A DNA stretch of 64,000 nt from Oxalobacteraceae bacterium (lineage in GTDB: Bacteria; Pseudomonadota; Gammaproteobacteria; Burkholderiales; Burkholderiaceae_D), in the NCBI GenBank assembly GCA_947466695.1, contig CANIFC010000001.1, positions 12,747 through 76,746 of the forward strand, given 5' to 3'. Of this stretch, positions 52,123 through 61,344 are shown piece by piece. Each line of letters begins with the position of its first letter. Within the stretch, counting starts at the first letter, position 1. The position numbers and the translations under genes were made by a program. The notes beneath the pieces were generated by a model, which did not search any database, was not told where the DNA came from, and saw nothing but the letters and a program-made list of their open reading frames with translations.

Positions 52123-53166
52123 ATGCGCTATCACGCTCTTGGCCGCACCGGCCTTTTCGTCTCTGAACTGTGTCTCGGCACCATGACCTTCGGCGGGAGC
52201 GACGGTATGTGGGGCAAGATCGGCACCCTGCAACAAGACGACGCCGAACGCCTGATCGGGCAGTCACTTGATGCCGGTATCAATTTTATCGACACTGCCG
52301 ATGTGTATGCCAGCGGCCGGTCCGAACAAATCACCGGCCAGGCCTTGAAAAATCTCAAAATTCCACGTGAAGACGTCATCGTCGCAACCAAGGTATTTGG
52401 CGAAACCGGGCCCGGCCAGAATGCCCGGGGCGCTTCGCGTGGCCATATTCTTGATGGCGTCAAGGCCAGCCTGAAACGGCTGCAGCTCGATCACATTGAT
52501 CTGTACCAGATTCACGGCTTCGACCCGGCGACACCGATCGAGGAAACCCTGCGTGCGCTCGACCAACTGGTGCAGCACGGCCATGTGCGCTATATCGGCA
52601 TATCAAACTGGGCGGCGTGGCAGATCACCAAGGCGCTTGGCATCTCCGAACGGCTTGGCCTGGCACGCTTCGAATCGCTGCAGGCGCACTACACGGTCGC
52701 CAGCCGGGATGTCGAGCGCGAATTGATTCCGATGCTGCGCAGCGAAGGTCTGGGCCTGATGGTCTGGAGCCCGCTGGCAGGCGGGCTGCTGAGCGGGAAG
52801 TACGGCCGCGCGCAACAAGCCGAGGCAGGCAGCCGCCGCGTGGACTTTGATTTTCCGCCGGTCGACAAGGAGCGCGCCTGGGATTGCATAGAAGCGATGC
52901 ATCCGATCGCAAAAGCCCACGGCGTCTCGGTGGCACAGATCGCGCTGGCCTGGCTACTGCACCAGCCGCAGGTCACCAGCGTCATCGTCGGCGCCAAGCG
53001 ACCGGACCAGCTGGCCGATAATTTGGCCGCCACCAAGGTCACACTGAACGCAGACGAGCTGCGCATACTCGATGAGTGCAGCCGCCTGCCCGCCGAATAT
53101 CCGGGCTGGATGTTCGAGCGCCAGGGTGAAACCAGACGCCAGCAGATGGAGGACACCCCGGACTAG
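52123..53166 (+). CDS. Aldo/keto reductase
   Basis: LGRTGLFVSELCLGTMTFG, GINFIDTADVY, DHIDLYQIH, VWSPLAGGLLSGKY. AGGAG RBS. Confidence 0.95.
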   Translation: MRYHALGRTGLFVSELCLGTMTFGGSDGMWGKIGTLQQDDAERLIGQSLDAGINFIDTADVYASGRSEQITGQALKNLKIPREDVIVATKVFGETGPGQNARGASRGHILDGVKASLKRLQLDHIDLYQIHGFDPATPIEETLRALDQLVQHGHVRYIGISNWAAWQITKALGISERLGLARFESLQAHYTVASRDVERELIPMLRSEGLGLMVWSPLAGGLLSGKYGRAQQAEAGSRRVDFDFPPVDKERAWDCIEAMHPIAKAHGVSVAQIALAWLLHQPQVTSVIVGAKRPDQLADNLAATKVTLNADELRILDECSRLPAEYPGWMFERQGETRRQQMEDTPD

Positions 53167-53217
53167 CGACATAGCGCGGATGAGGAAGGACGGGGTGACC
53201 AGTGCGGTCATCCTCGT

Positions 53218-53306
53218 TGCCGGTCACTTCCCGCTTGGGTAGTTCCAGAGCGATGACAAAATATAGCCAGCCTTCCCCGCGCCATAGGTACGTGATGCCA
53301 GCAGCA
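53218..53306 (-). mobile_element. IS3-family integrase-core remnant at the edge of the McrBC island
   Basis: Minus strand AAGITYLWRGEGWLYFVIALELPKREVTG resembles DITYIxTxEGWLYLAxVxDLxxRxVVG. Confidence 0.7.
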
Positions 53307-53505
53307 ATTGCACTCCTGCCGTCAGATCGATCGCAAGCTGTTAGAATTTGGCCGTGTATGATTGTTTTAAGATTTTTTTATTTTTAACTCTTCTAATTTG
53401 AACTCGCGATACTTTATGTCGTCTATCGAAGTCTAAATTTCAAAGAAAACTCAAAGACTAAAATAATAGATGCTGCACATGTCTTTAAGCTGATTCAGCT
53501 TCAAA

Positions 53506-54852
53506 TCAAAATACGTTTTTAATTACGAATCGTTTCGCCTCATTAAGCACATCTGCGCGCAACGGTATGCCAATAATTTTTACTCTAATTTTGCTTTGAT
53601 TGATTCGATTCAGATAAACAGTTTCAGTCACTTCTAGTTGATTTGATGGATAGCAGAGAATGGCTTGTTTCTCTATGCGCGTATCAAACGATGTATAGCC
53701 TAAAATTTGATGGAGATCGTGGCGGTAATCTGCTTTTAATTGTTCGCTGCTGCTGGCTCTATTCAACAAGTGTGATTTGTATTTGGCGTCTATGTACAGC
53801 AAGCGGCTATCTTTTTTGAAAATGCCGTCTGGCTCCAGATGGTGTAGCTCCCATGCGTAATGCCGTTTGGAATCGCGAATGATTTTGTAATTAGCGAAAA
53901 AATTACCGCCGCATTGTTTGGCAACCGTAGTGAATATGTGTTGCACAAATTTTTCGAAGACATCAGAAAAATCCACCCGCCAAGCCGTGCCTATGTTTGC
54001 TTGAAAACTTAAGACTCGGTTAGCTTGTTGTTTACAGCGTTTGACGATGGGTAAGTCTGATTGTTTTTCGTTTAAATGATCTGTTTTGAGTGGGCGATGA
54101 AAATATAATTTTTCTTCCAGAGCTTCAAGTTTTTTCTTGATGCGTAGCTTTAGACTGACTGGTGTGCGCGGTGAATTGATTTCATTTTTACAGAGTTCAA
54201 ATACATAAGCGAGCTGCGCATATCCTGCGTGAAATTCTGTCATCACATTGGTGGCAATGGGGTATCGCTGTTGGTTCTCCACTTTAAATTGATTGACGAT
54301 GTATTTGTTCCAATTGACTTGCCCAACGGGTGCTTGCGCGGTTTTTTTAATTCGAGAAAATTTTTGCCAATGCGTCTTGGTGAGTTCGGTGAGGTAATCT
54401 ACAAATTTGACCGCTTCTAAATATAACGGCGGACGAAAATGATAACCAGACTTAAGCGGTAGGCTTTCTATAAATTGCGGCTCTATCTGATTGTCTAACA
54501 GGTTGAGGATCTCAACATAATCAGCGTATCGATCACGCGCGATGAATCTCGGTACAACAACGAAGTCGCCAATTTGTTTCCCAGTATCTGGTGCGCGTAG
54601 CGGAATGGTGCCGACAAATGCGGTAGTTCTAAAACAAAGCGATACGTCTTGATCGATGCCGACGATAGACGGTGTCACACCAAGAAATTCGAAAGATTTT
54701 GCGTTGTAATTGACGAATTTTTGTAAGATTTGCCCGATTAATCTTTTATCAGCATTTTTAAAAAATGTTTTCTGTAATTCAATACCGCTGAACAGTTTTG
54801 ATTGTTCGGTTAAGCATGGGAGTTCACAGAAAATTTCGTTAAACTTTTTCAT
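53506..54852 (-). CDS. mcrC: McrC-family restriction nuclease subunit
   Basis: VFEKFV, LEPDGI...IDAKYK (PD-(D/E)xK), DLHQILGY. ATGA overlap with mcrB. AT-rich. Confidence 0.85.
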   Translation of the reverse strand: MKKFNEIFCELPCLTEQSKLFSGIELQKTFFKNADKRLIGQILQKFVNYNAKSFEFLGVTPSIVGIDQDVSLCFRTTAFVGTIPLRAPDTGKQIGDFVVVPRFIARDRYADYVEILNLLDNQIEPQFIESLPLKSGYHFRPPLYLEAVKFVDYLTELTKTHWQKFSRIKKTAQAPVGQVNWNKYIVNQFKVENQQRYPIATNVMTEFHAGYAQLAYVFELCKNEINSPRTPVSLKLRIKKKLEALEEKLYFHRPLKTDHLNEKQSDLPIVKRCKQQANRVLSFQANIGTAWRVDFSDVFEKFVQHIFTTVAKQCGGNFFANYKIIRDSKRHYAWELHHLEPDGIFKKDSRLLYIDAKYKSHLLNRASSSEQLKADYRHDLHQILGYTSFDTRIEKQAILCYPSNQLEVTETVYLNRINQSKIRVKIIGIPLRADVLNEAKRFVIKNVF

Positions 54853-56219
54853 TCAAATAATGCCTGGCCTATTTCGGCAACGAAGTAATTATTCAGTTCC
54901 TCTTTAGCATTACTTAACAATCCTTCTTGCAGATATTCACGCATGAGTGGAAATAACTCATAGCGAATTCGGTTCTTCATTTCAACTTTACTTTTCGCGA
55001 GGAAATAACCTTGCCCTGGCTGCAATGCCAATTCAGTTGAGCTGGCATACCAATTAAATATTTCTTCGAATTTAGCAAAGTGTTCTCCGTGAAAATTGTT
55101 AGGACCGATCGCCTGCGGTTTAAGGTCATACCATGCAAATCGTCTACGTAAGGCAAAATCAACCACCGCCAAACTGCGGTCGGCAGTATTCATGGTAGCT
55201 ATCACGTAAAGATTGCCTGGCATCTTCGATAGCGCAAGATCAGGGGTAAGCACGATCTCGACATTGGCAAAGTCTTGTTTGTATTCGAATAAGTAAAACA
55301 ATGGCCCTAAGACATTCGATAAATTAGCACGATTAATCTCGTCGATGATGAGTATGGTTCGCTCATTTGGGTTCGCTTGCGCGTACTTAATCGCCTTCAG
55401 CAATACGCCTTCTTCGCCCGAATAGGCCAAAGACGTTGCGTCTAATTTCGGACGTATGCCATAGATAAAATCGGAGTAAGACGTTTCTGCATGAAATTGC
55501 GTAAAGAAGGTTCTCGCCTTCCAGTCCTCGGTAATATTTTTTGCGAGCCGCGTTTTACCGGTGCCTGGTGCGCCTTGCAGTACGAGGTATTTTCGTTCTT
55601 CGAGAAGGCTAGAAACTTCTGCCTTATCGTCACGAGGGTTGTCGCTGGCGACGTCTTTGATTGCTTTTGTTATTGCTTTTCGATGGGACTCATTCGTCGG
55701 CCAATTTCGTAATTTGGCGTAACCCGCCAAAATAGCAGAAATACGTTTTTTGCCATCGTCAGTGTTTGGTTGTTTGACGATTTGCATAACACTAAAGACC
55801 TTTTTATAGGACTCTATTGTTTTCTGAAGATGCGCGAGTTCCGACCGTTTTAAAAAAATTTTAGGTGGAGATGATTCAATATCAGAGAAATCTGATTTAC
55901 AAAAACCATCTTCGTTAATTAACTTGGAAAAAAGTCGACGAGGCCCTGGAACTGACGCTAGATCGTAATCGTTCTTAAATCCACTAGAGCCAACACAAAG
56001 AGTAATGATCCAAGCATCATTCTCTTCACTTGGCATCACGGTAAATGAAAAGTCGTGATAGGGACCCGAGATGGGCTCAGATGGATGAATAAAACCAAAG
56101 TAAGCCCCATTGTCGTTCAACGCATCAGCCTTGGTGTTATTTCTTTCGATATAAGATCCCTCAGTAGCCCCGAATTTTCCCGCTTCGTCTTTAACAAAAC
56201 GCCTGATCGTTTCAATCAT
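54849..56219 (-). CDS. mcrB: McrB-family AAA+ GTPase
   Basis: Walker A GAPGTGKT, QFHAETSYSDFI, Walker B IIDEINRANL, signature ATMNTADRS, DFALRRRF. Confidence 0.92.
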   Translation of the reverse strand: MIETIRRFVKDEAGKFGATEGSYIERNNTKADALNDNGAYFGFIHPSEPISGPYHDFSFTVMPSEENDAWIITLCVGSSGFKNDYDLASVPGPRRLFSKLINEDGFCKSDFSDIESSPPKIFLKRSELAHLQKTIESYKKVFSVMQIVKQPNTDDGKKRISAILAGYAKLRNWPTNESHRKAITKAIKDVASDNPRDDKAEVSSLLEERKYLVLQGAPGTGKTRLAKNITEDWKARTFFTQFHAETSYSDFIYGIRPKLDATSLAYSGEEGVLLKAIKYAQANPNERTILIIDEINRANLSNVLGPLFYLFEYKQDFANVEIVLTPDLALSKMPGNLYVIATMNTADRSLAVVDFALRRRFAWYDLKPQAIGPNNFHGEHFAKFEEIFNWYASSTELALQPGQGYFLAKSKVEMKNRIRYELFPLMREYLQEGLLSNAKEELNNYFVAEIGQALFE

Positions 56220-56311
56220 GTAGCCAATCTCCTAGTTTTCATTGGACGTTATTTTTTATGTGCGCTTACGTGGCGATACGTAACGTTTTAAACGCTATAG
56301 ACAGCATTTTT

Positions 56312-56530
56312 TTATCGATTGGGTACAAATAATTCCGCTGACTCGACGTCTAACGCTGTCGCAATTTTAAAGATATTTGCCAAGCTAACATTACGCACAC
56401 CGCGTTCGATACCGCTGATGTAGGTGCGGTCGAGATCAGCGATCAAGCCGAGTTGTTCCTGGCTTAGCCCGCGCGCCAAACGCAGTTTTTTAAGATGAAG
56501 ACCAAACTCCAGTAATTGTGGATTGACCAT
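56312..56530 (-). CDS. XRE-family HTH protein, restriction-modification controller (C-protein)-like
   Basis: 72 aa; FGLHLKKLRLARGLSQEQLG..ADLDRTYISGIERGVRNVSLANIFKIATAL. Confidence 0.88.
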   Translation of the reverse strand: MVNPQLLEFGLHLKKLRLARGLSQEQLGLIADLDRTYISGIERGVRNVSLANIFKIATALDVESAELFVPNR

Positions 56531-56570
56531 TTACTTGCCTCATTATTATCATGAGGCAATCATGCGACGA

Positions 56571-56603
56571 TGTGACTTATTGGTCTACGGACTATGAGTC
56601 ACA
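56571..56603 (-). promoter_or_regulatory. C-box double operator upstream of the controller gene
   Basis: Minus strand TGT-GACTCATAGTC-CGTA-GACCAATAAGTC-ACA, i.e. GACT-N3-AGTC-N4-GAC...AGTC. Confidence 0.8.
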
Positions 56604-56755
56604 AATTAATTTTTATTTAACGTATTTAAATATCGGTGATTAACTTTAAAAGTTAGAAATTGACTGCTTTTGTCGCAGTCTTTGTTAACTGAAAGCGCTA
56701 TTTACAGCGTAAAAAAATAGCAGCAAAACCCGATAATCAGCCAGCCAAACGCTGC

Positions 56756-56796
56756 AAAAAAATTGGCGCTAATGCTTTAACATTAGCGCCAATTTA
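56756..56796 (-). terminator. Rho-independent terminator after the ZIP gene
   Basis: aaattggcgctaatg-cttaa-like loop-cattagcgccaattt hairpin with an A-tract on + (U-tract on -). Confidence 0.8.
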
Positions 56797-56824
56797 TTCA
56801 TCGTAGAAATGTCCTACACGCGAC

Positions 56825-57766
56825 TTAACCCAGTGAGGTATCAAGTAGCAGCATCAGCGCGAAGCCGCCCATCAGGCCGATGGTGGCGGGGGTCTGGTGG
56901 CCGTTGCGGTGGGTTTCGGGGATGACTTCGTGCGAGACGACGAACAGCATGGCGCCGGCGGCCAGGCCTAGTCCTAGCGGGTAGGCAAACGCCATGCCGC
57001 TCGACAGGCCCACGCCTAACAGTGCGCCCACGGGTTCGAGCAGGCCGCTGGCAATGGCTACCAAGACGGCATAAATAGGTTTCATGCCTGAGCCGCGCAG
57101 CGCCAGCGCAACGGCGAGGCCTTCGGGGATGTCCTGAATGGCGATGGCGGTGCTGAGCGGCAAGCCTACTGCCATGTCGCCTTGCGCAAAGCTCACGCCC
57201 ATGGCCATGCCTTCGGGCAGGTTGTGCAGGGCGATGGCAAAGACAAATAACCAGCTGCGCTGGCACAGTTCATAACCAGGGCCGCAGGGGCCGGAAGCGG
57301 CGTGTTCATGCGGGGTGAACTGATCCAGGCCCATCATCAGCAGTGTACCCAGGCCAAGACCAATGATGACGATGCCGGAGCCCAGGAACTTACTTTGAAA
57401 GAGCTCGGTGCCGGCGGCAATGCCCGGAAGGATCAATGAAAAGGCGCTGGCCGCGAGCATCATGCCAGCGGCAAAACCAAGCAGGCTGTCTTCGATTTTT
57501 TGCGGCATACCCTTGAGCGGCAAAGCCAGCAACGCGCCGCCGGCGGTGGCGGCAAAACCGGCGCCACCTGCCAGCAGGGCCCAGTAGACTTCCTGGCTGA
57601 CCTTCCCCATCGCCAGCATGGTGATGTTTTGCACCAATAAAATGAGCAGCACGAAAAAAGCCAGGGCAAAGCCGCCGGCGGTGACCGGATGCAGTTGTAT
57701 GTGCTCGCGCAGGGCGGCAGTCCAGTTCGTGGTGTCGCCGGGGAGCGTATTTTGGGAAGGGTTCAT
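56825..57766 (-). CDS. ZIP (GufA/ZupT-like) metal transporter
   Basis: GFAAGMMLAASAFSLI, PHEH loop, IALHNLPEG, IQDIPEG, HEVIPETH. Confidence 0.93.
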   Translation of the reverse strand: MNPSQNTLPGDTTNWTAALREHIQLHPVTAGGFALAFFVLLILLVQNITMLAMGKVSQEVYWALLAGGAGFAATAGGALLALPLKGMPQKIEDSLLGFAAGMMLAASAFSLILPGIAAGTELFQSKFLGSGIVIIGLGLGTLLMMGLDQFTPHEHAASGPCGPGYELCQRSWLFVFAIALHNLPEGMAMGVSFAQGDMAVGLPLSTAIAIQDIPEGLAVALALRGSGMKPIYAVLVAIASGLLEPVGALLGVGLSSGMAFAYPLGLGLAAGAMLFVVSHEVIPETHRNGHQTPATIGLMGGFALMLLLDTSLG

Positions 57767-58252
57767 TTTGGTTGCTGGTGACGTTGCGGATAAGGGAAGG
57801 ATGTTAACATGATTCTAGCGATGATTCAGGCGACGAGTTGTCCACTGAACTATTGGTCACAAAATCGGTCCGTGCGGGTGTAGTTTGTCGCCTGCGCTTT
57901 CGATGACACGCTGCAGCTTGTGCCTGCCATCCGGGGCAAGAAAAAAAACCCTGTATCTTCTAATGCAGGGCAAGCAGTCTGGCCACGGCACCCGGTGCGG
58001 CAATCTGCGCTGGGAAAGAAAAGCTGTTATTTTTAACATCAGCACGCTATGTGCCCGCCCGCACATACGCTTGGTCAGGAATACGGCATTCTGCGACCGT
58101 GACCTGACAAAAGCTTGCCTGAACCCATGTCAGAGTACAAGCGAGAGTACAAGCAAGAGCAAGAGCAAGAGCAAGAGCAAGAACAAAGAACAAGAGCACG
58201 AACAGAGCCAAGTCAGTAAAAAAACAGAAACAATTCAATACTGGAGAATCAG

Positions 58253-59056
58253 ATGAAAAAAGCATTCAAGATCGTGTTAGCGCTCAGCGCCTTTACCATG
58301 GCATCACACGCAATGGCACAAATTACGCTGTATGAACACGATGGCTGGCGCGGCCGGGCCTTTAGCACCAACGGGCAGGTGAACAACCTGTCACGCTCGG
58401 GCTTTAACGACCTTGCCTCTTCAGTAGTCATTGATGGTGGCCAGTGGGAAGTCTGCGATGACAGGGGCTTTGGCGGCCGTTGCATGGTCTTGCGCCGCGG
58501 CAGTTACGAATCGCTGGGCAGCATGGGCATGAATGACCGTATTTCATCGCTGCGCCCGATTGAGCGGCGCGATCGCTATAGCAACGAGGCCCCGGCCCCA
58601 CTGCCACAGCCTACGTATGAATACCGTCGCCGTCCGAATGAACGAATCTATGAAGCGCAAGTCGTTGACGTGCGTGCGGTGGTTGGACAATCGGGTGAGC
58701 GTTGCTGGGTTGAGCGCCAGGAGGTGAACGAACCTTCACGCGCCAATCCTGCCGGCACCATCGTTGGCGCTCTGATCGGTGGCGTACTGGGCCATCAGGT
58801 GGGCGGCGGTACAGGGCGTGATCTGGCGACCGCTGGTGGCGCGGTTGCCGGTGCTGTTATTGGTTCAAGAGCCGGTAACAATAACGGTGGCGGCAGCTAC
58901 TCGCAGGATGTACGCCGCTGCGAAACTACGGTCAACAATACGCCTGAATACTGGGATGTGACCTATATCTACCGCGGCACTGAACACCGCATACAAATGA
59001 GCGCGCCTCGGGGAGGCACCATTGCCGTGAACCGTAACGGCGAACCACGACAGTAA
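58253..59056 (+). CDS. Beta/gamma-crystallin domain plus glycine-zipper 2TM protein
   Basis: Signal peptide; ITLYEHDGWRGR...FNDLASS...WEVCDD...MNDRISS; GALIGGVLGHQVGGGTGRDLATAGGAVAGA. Confidence 0.88.
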   Translation: MKKAFKIVLALSAFTMASHAMAQITLYEHDGWRGRAFSTNGQVNNLSRSGFNDLASSVVIDGGQWEVCDDRGFGGRCMVLRRGSYESLGSMGMNDRISSLRPIERRDRYSNEAPAPLPQPTYEYRRRPNERIYEAQVVDVRAVVGQSGERCWVERQEVNEPSRANPAGTIVGALIGGVLGHQVGGGTGRDLATAGGAVAGAVIGSRAGNNNGGGSYSQDVRRCETTVNNTPEYWDVTYIYRGTEHRIQMSAPRGGTIAVNRNGEPRQ

Positions 59057-59216
59057 GCACGCTATCCGGCTGGGTTAATTGAACTTCGCCGGATTCACCG
59101 TGAGAGAAGCGCGGGGTTACTCCGGGGATTTGTCTAGATAACTCTCCGGATAAACCCCGTGTAGCACTTCGGTCGTCCATAGGCGACCGGCGGGTCATCC
59201 ATGCCCTATTCATGCT

Positions 59217-60482
59217 CTATTCATGCTCTATTTGCGTAACATCCAGAAAGGCGATGTTCTCCTGCATACGCGTACGCAGCACTTCCTGCCACTCAGGTTC
59301 GAGCCAGCGTGTGACCTGGTCGAAAGCCTTGGTAATACGCAGCAGTAAGGTATCGAGATAGTGACTAGCCTCGTCATTGCTGCCGAAGCCAAAACGATGG
59401 GCGTCGGCCAGCACTGCTGAACGGGAAATGTCAAAGCGCCCCATTGACAGCTGTAGTGTCAACGTGCGCGGTGTCTCAACCGGATTAGGCACGACATCGA
59501 AAGCGGGCGCCAGGCGCCAGCGCCGCTGTTCGTACTGATACACGACCGCATGATTTCGAACGTGATCATCATCATTTCCACACACGGCATTGAAGACCAT
59601 CCGGCCGAATAGCTCACGCCAGTCCTCAACCGGAGCACCGATGATGCGTAACTCCTCCGCCAAACGCGGATAGCTCCAGAGGGCATTGTGCGTTAGCTTG
59701 TCCGGATACTCCGCTTGCAGCAGGGAGGCGGCGCTGACGCACATTAAGCGCTGCTGCCCGATGCGGTCATAACGCAGTACGCGCACCGCGCTGCGACCTC
59801 CGGTGGCCGGATGTAAAACAGTCGCTGCGAAATTCAAACCGCTTGCTGCCCCCCATTGCTGGCCGACATGCTCAAGGCAAGGGATGTCGGCAATATCACT
59901 GGCGATTCCGGGCTTGACCAGCCAGTACCGGCCCTCATCATCCCGCAGCGTTGCCTTGGGTCGGGCGCCACCCACACTGGCAGTTTGGACCAGACGTCGG
60001 CGAAGCCGGACATCGATTGCCGGGCGTTGCTCGCTCATGGCCGCTAATTCCCGTACCAACATTGGTAACTGGCGTAATTTCGGGTGGGATAGTTGCGCCA
60101 CCGAGGGAGTGGGTCTTGTGCCTACGGCGAGTGCGCCCCACCGGTCAGCGTTATTGGCAAGAATCAGATAGCGTGCCGGAAGCGTCCCTTCGGGCAGATT
60201 GTGCTCCCGCCTCAGCAGCGTTTGGCCCCATGAATCCGGGCAAGCGTCTCGCAGCACATCGTGCAAACCGTTGTAGCGTGAAGCTGGCCGGTCGTCCTCC
60301 GGCCGGAACGGCAAGTTGACCGGGTCAATCGCCCAGGTGAGACCTGCATCGACATAACTGGGGGCGTACTTGAACCTACCCGTGCCTGCGACGGGACCGG
60401 CAAGATAGCGTCCGACCGTTACCCACCGGGCATTGTCTGGCCGCTGCAAATAGACGAACAATGGCCTAGAAGTAGTGAGCAT
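59217..60482 (-). CDS. HipA-family kinase toxin
   Basis: DACPDSWGQ, SVGGARPKA, GNDDDHVRNH, RLAPAFDVVP. Confidence 0.9.
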   Translation of the reverse strand: MLTTSRPLFVYLQRPDNARWVTVGRYLAGPVAGTGRFKYAPSYVDAGLTWAIDPVNLPFRPEDDRPASRYNGLHDVLRDACPDSWGQTLLRREHNLPEGTLPARYLILANNADRWGALAVGTRPTPSVAQLSHPKLRQLPMLVRELAAMSEQRPAIDVRLRRRLVQTASVGGARPKATLRDDEGRYWLVKPGIASDIADIPCLEHVGQQWGAASGLNFAATVLHPATGGRSAVRVLRYDRIGQQRLMCVSAASLLQAEYPDKLTHNALWSYPRLAEELRIIGAPVEDWRELFGRMVFNAVCGNDDDHVRNHAVVYQYEQRRWRLAPAFDVVPNPVETPRTLTLQLSMGRFDISRSAVLADAHRFGFGSNDEASHYLDTLLLRITKAFDQVTRWLEPEWQEVLRTRMQENIAFLDVTQIEHE

Positions 60483-60804
60483 CTTCTTCGCCCCCTCGTT
60501 CTTGTTGACTATGCTTTACTCTACGGCGTGGAGAATCTGACCACAAAACGGGGGCCAGCGCAGGTGTTGCGTCATCCATTACGCCCAGGATCAGCAGTGC
60601 AGCGAGATAGGCGCCAGCACCTGTGCCGGGATCACCGTGTTCCATACGGCGCAAGGTAGCCTCTGAAATACTCATGCGCGCGCACAAGTCGGCCGCTGTA
60701 ATGCGCTGACGCAAGCGTTGCGCGTGAATACAACGTCCCCAAGTGCGCAGGCGTTCCGCTACCAGGGTTGGCAGAGTATCCGTGTTAAAAAGCTTTTTTG
60801 GCAT
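60466..60804 (-). CDS. XRE HTH antitoxin (HipB-like)
   Basis: IHAQRLRQRITAADLCARMSISEATLRRMEHGDPG; overlaps the toxin start by 17 bp. Confidence 0.85.
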   Translation of the reverse strand: MPKKLFNTDTLPTLVAERLRTWGRCIHAQRLRQRITAADLCARMSISEATLRRMEHGDPGTGAGAYLAALLILGVMDDATPALAPVLWSDSPRRRVKHSQQERGGEEDAHYF

Positions 60805-60820
60805 AAAAATTCCCTTATAG

Positions 60821-60879
60821 ATACCCTCATAGATAACTTATTATATGGCATAACATACTCTCTATGAGGGTATGTTATA
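60821..60879. promoter_or_regulatory. Inverted-repeat operator upstream of the hipBA-like operon
   Basis: ATACCCTCATAGA (60821-33) / TCTATGAGGGTAT (60861-73) perfect IR, plus the near-palindrome ATAACATACTCTC-TAT-GAGGGTATGTTAT. Confidence 0.65.
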
Positions 60880-60951
60880 TGAAAAACCTTTATGAATAGC
60901 GGGTATAACCTTCATCTGCAAGAGTCAAACTCTCAATATTTGGACAAGAGT

Positions 60952-61230
60952 ATGACAATCGAACCGATTTAGCTGCTAGACGCATTCGATGCATTGCGCG
61001 ATCCGCGGGCACGTAAGTGCGCCTGTCAACTGGACGAATTGTTGTAGGCCGCGATCTGCACCGTCATCAGCGGAGCGGAAAGCTGGACGACGGTTGTTGA
61101 GTGGCGCGAAATGAAGCTCGACTGGGTATGTCAGCACCTGCCATTGACCAATGGCATCGCCTCGCACGGCACGTTCGGCCGCGTCTTTTCCTTGCTCGAT
61201 ACGAGTAAGTTGTTGGGTTTGGCAATCTGA
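60952..61230 (+). mobile_element. ISAs1-family transposase N-terminal remnant
   Basis: MTIEPI*LLDAFDALRDPR...LDELL*AAICTVISGAESW...WV..HLPLTNGIASHGTFGRVFSLLD, with two in-frame stops. Confidence 0.88.
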
Positions 61231-61344
61231 TCCTTCATGCAATCGCCCTGCCACTACGCTACCCACTGGATAATAAAGTGCAAAATAGCGTACTCTTGTA
61301 GCATCAAAATCTCGGCCAGCTTGTCTGGCCTGCCGACCGCCATC

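Noticed and set aside
58130-58210. ORF 57885-58256 with an SKSKSK tract as a real protein
   Set aside because: The tract derives from a GCAAGA microsatellite in the leader of the crystallin gene, and the rest lacks coding features.
59078-59170. Possible decayed IS3-type terminal repeats / MITE between the crystallin gene and hipA
   Set aside because: Only vague similarity (tgaacttcgccgga..., ctctccggataaacccc). No clean inverted-repeat pair or target duplication.
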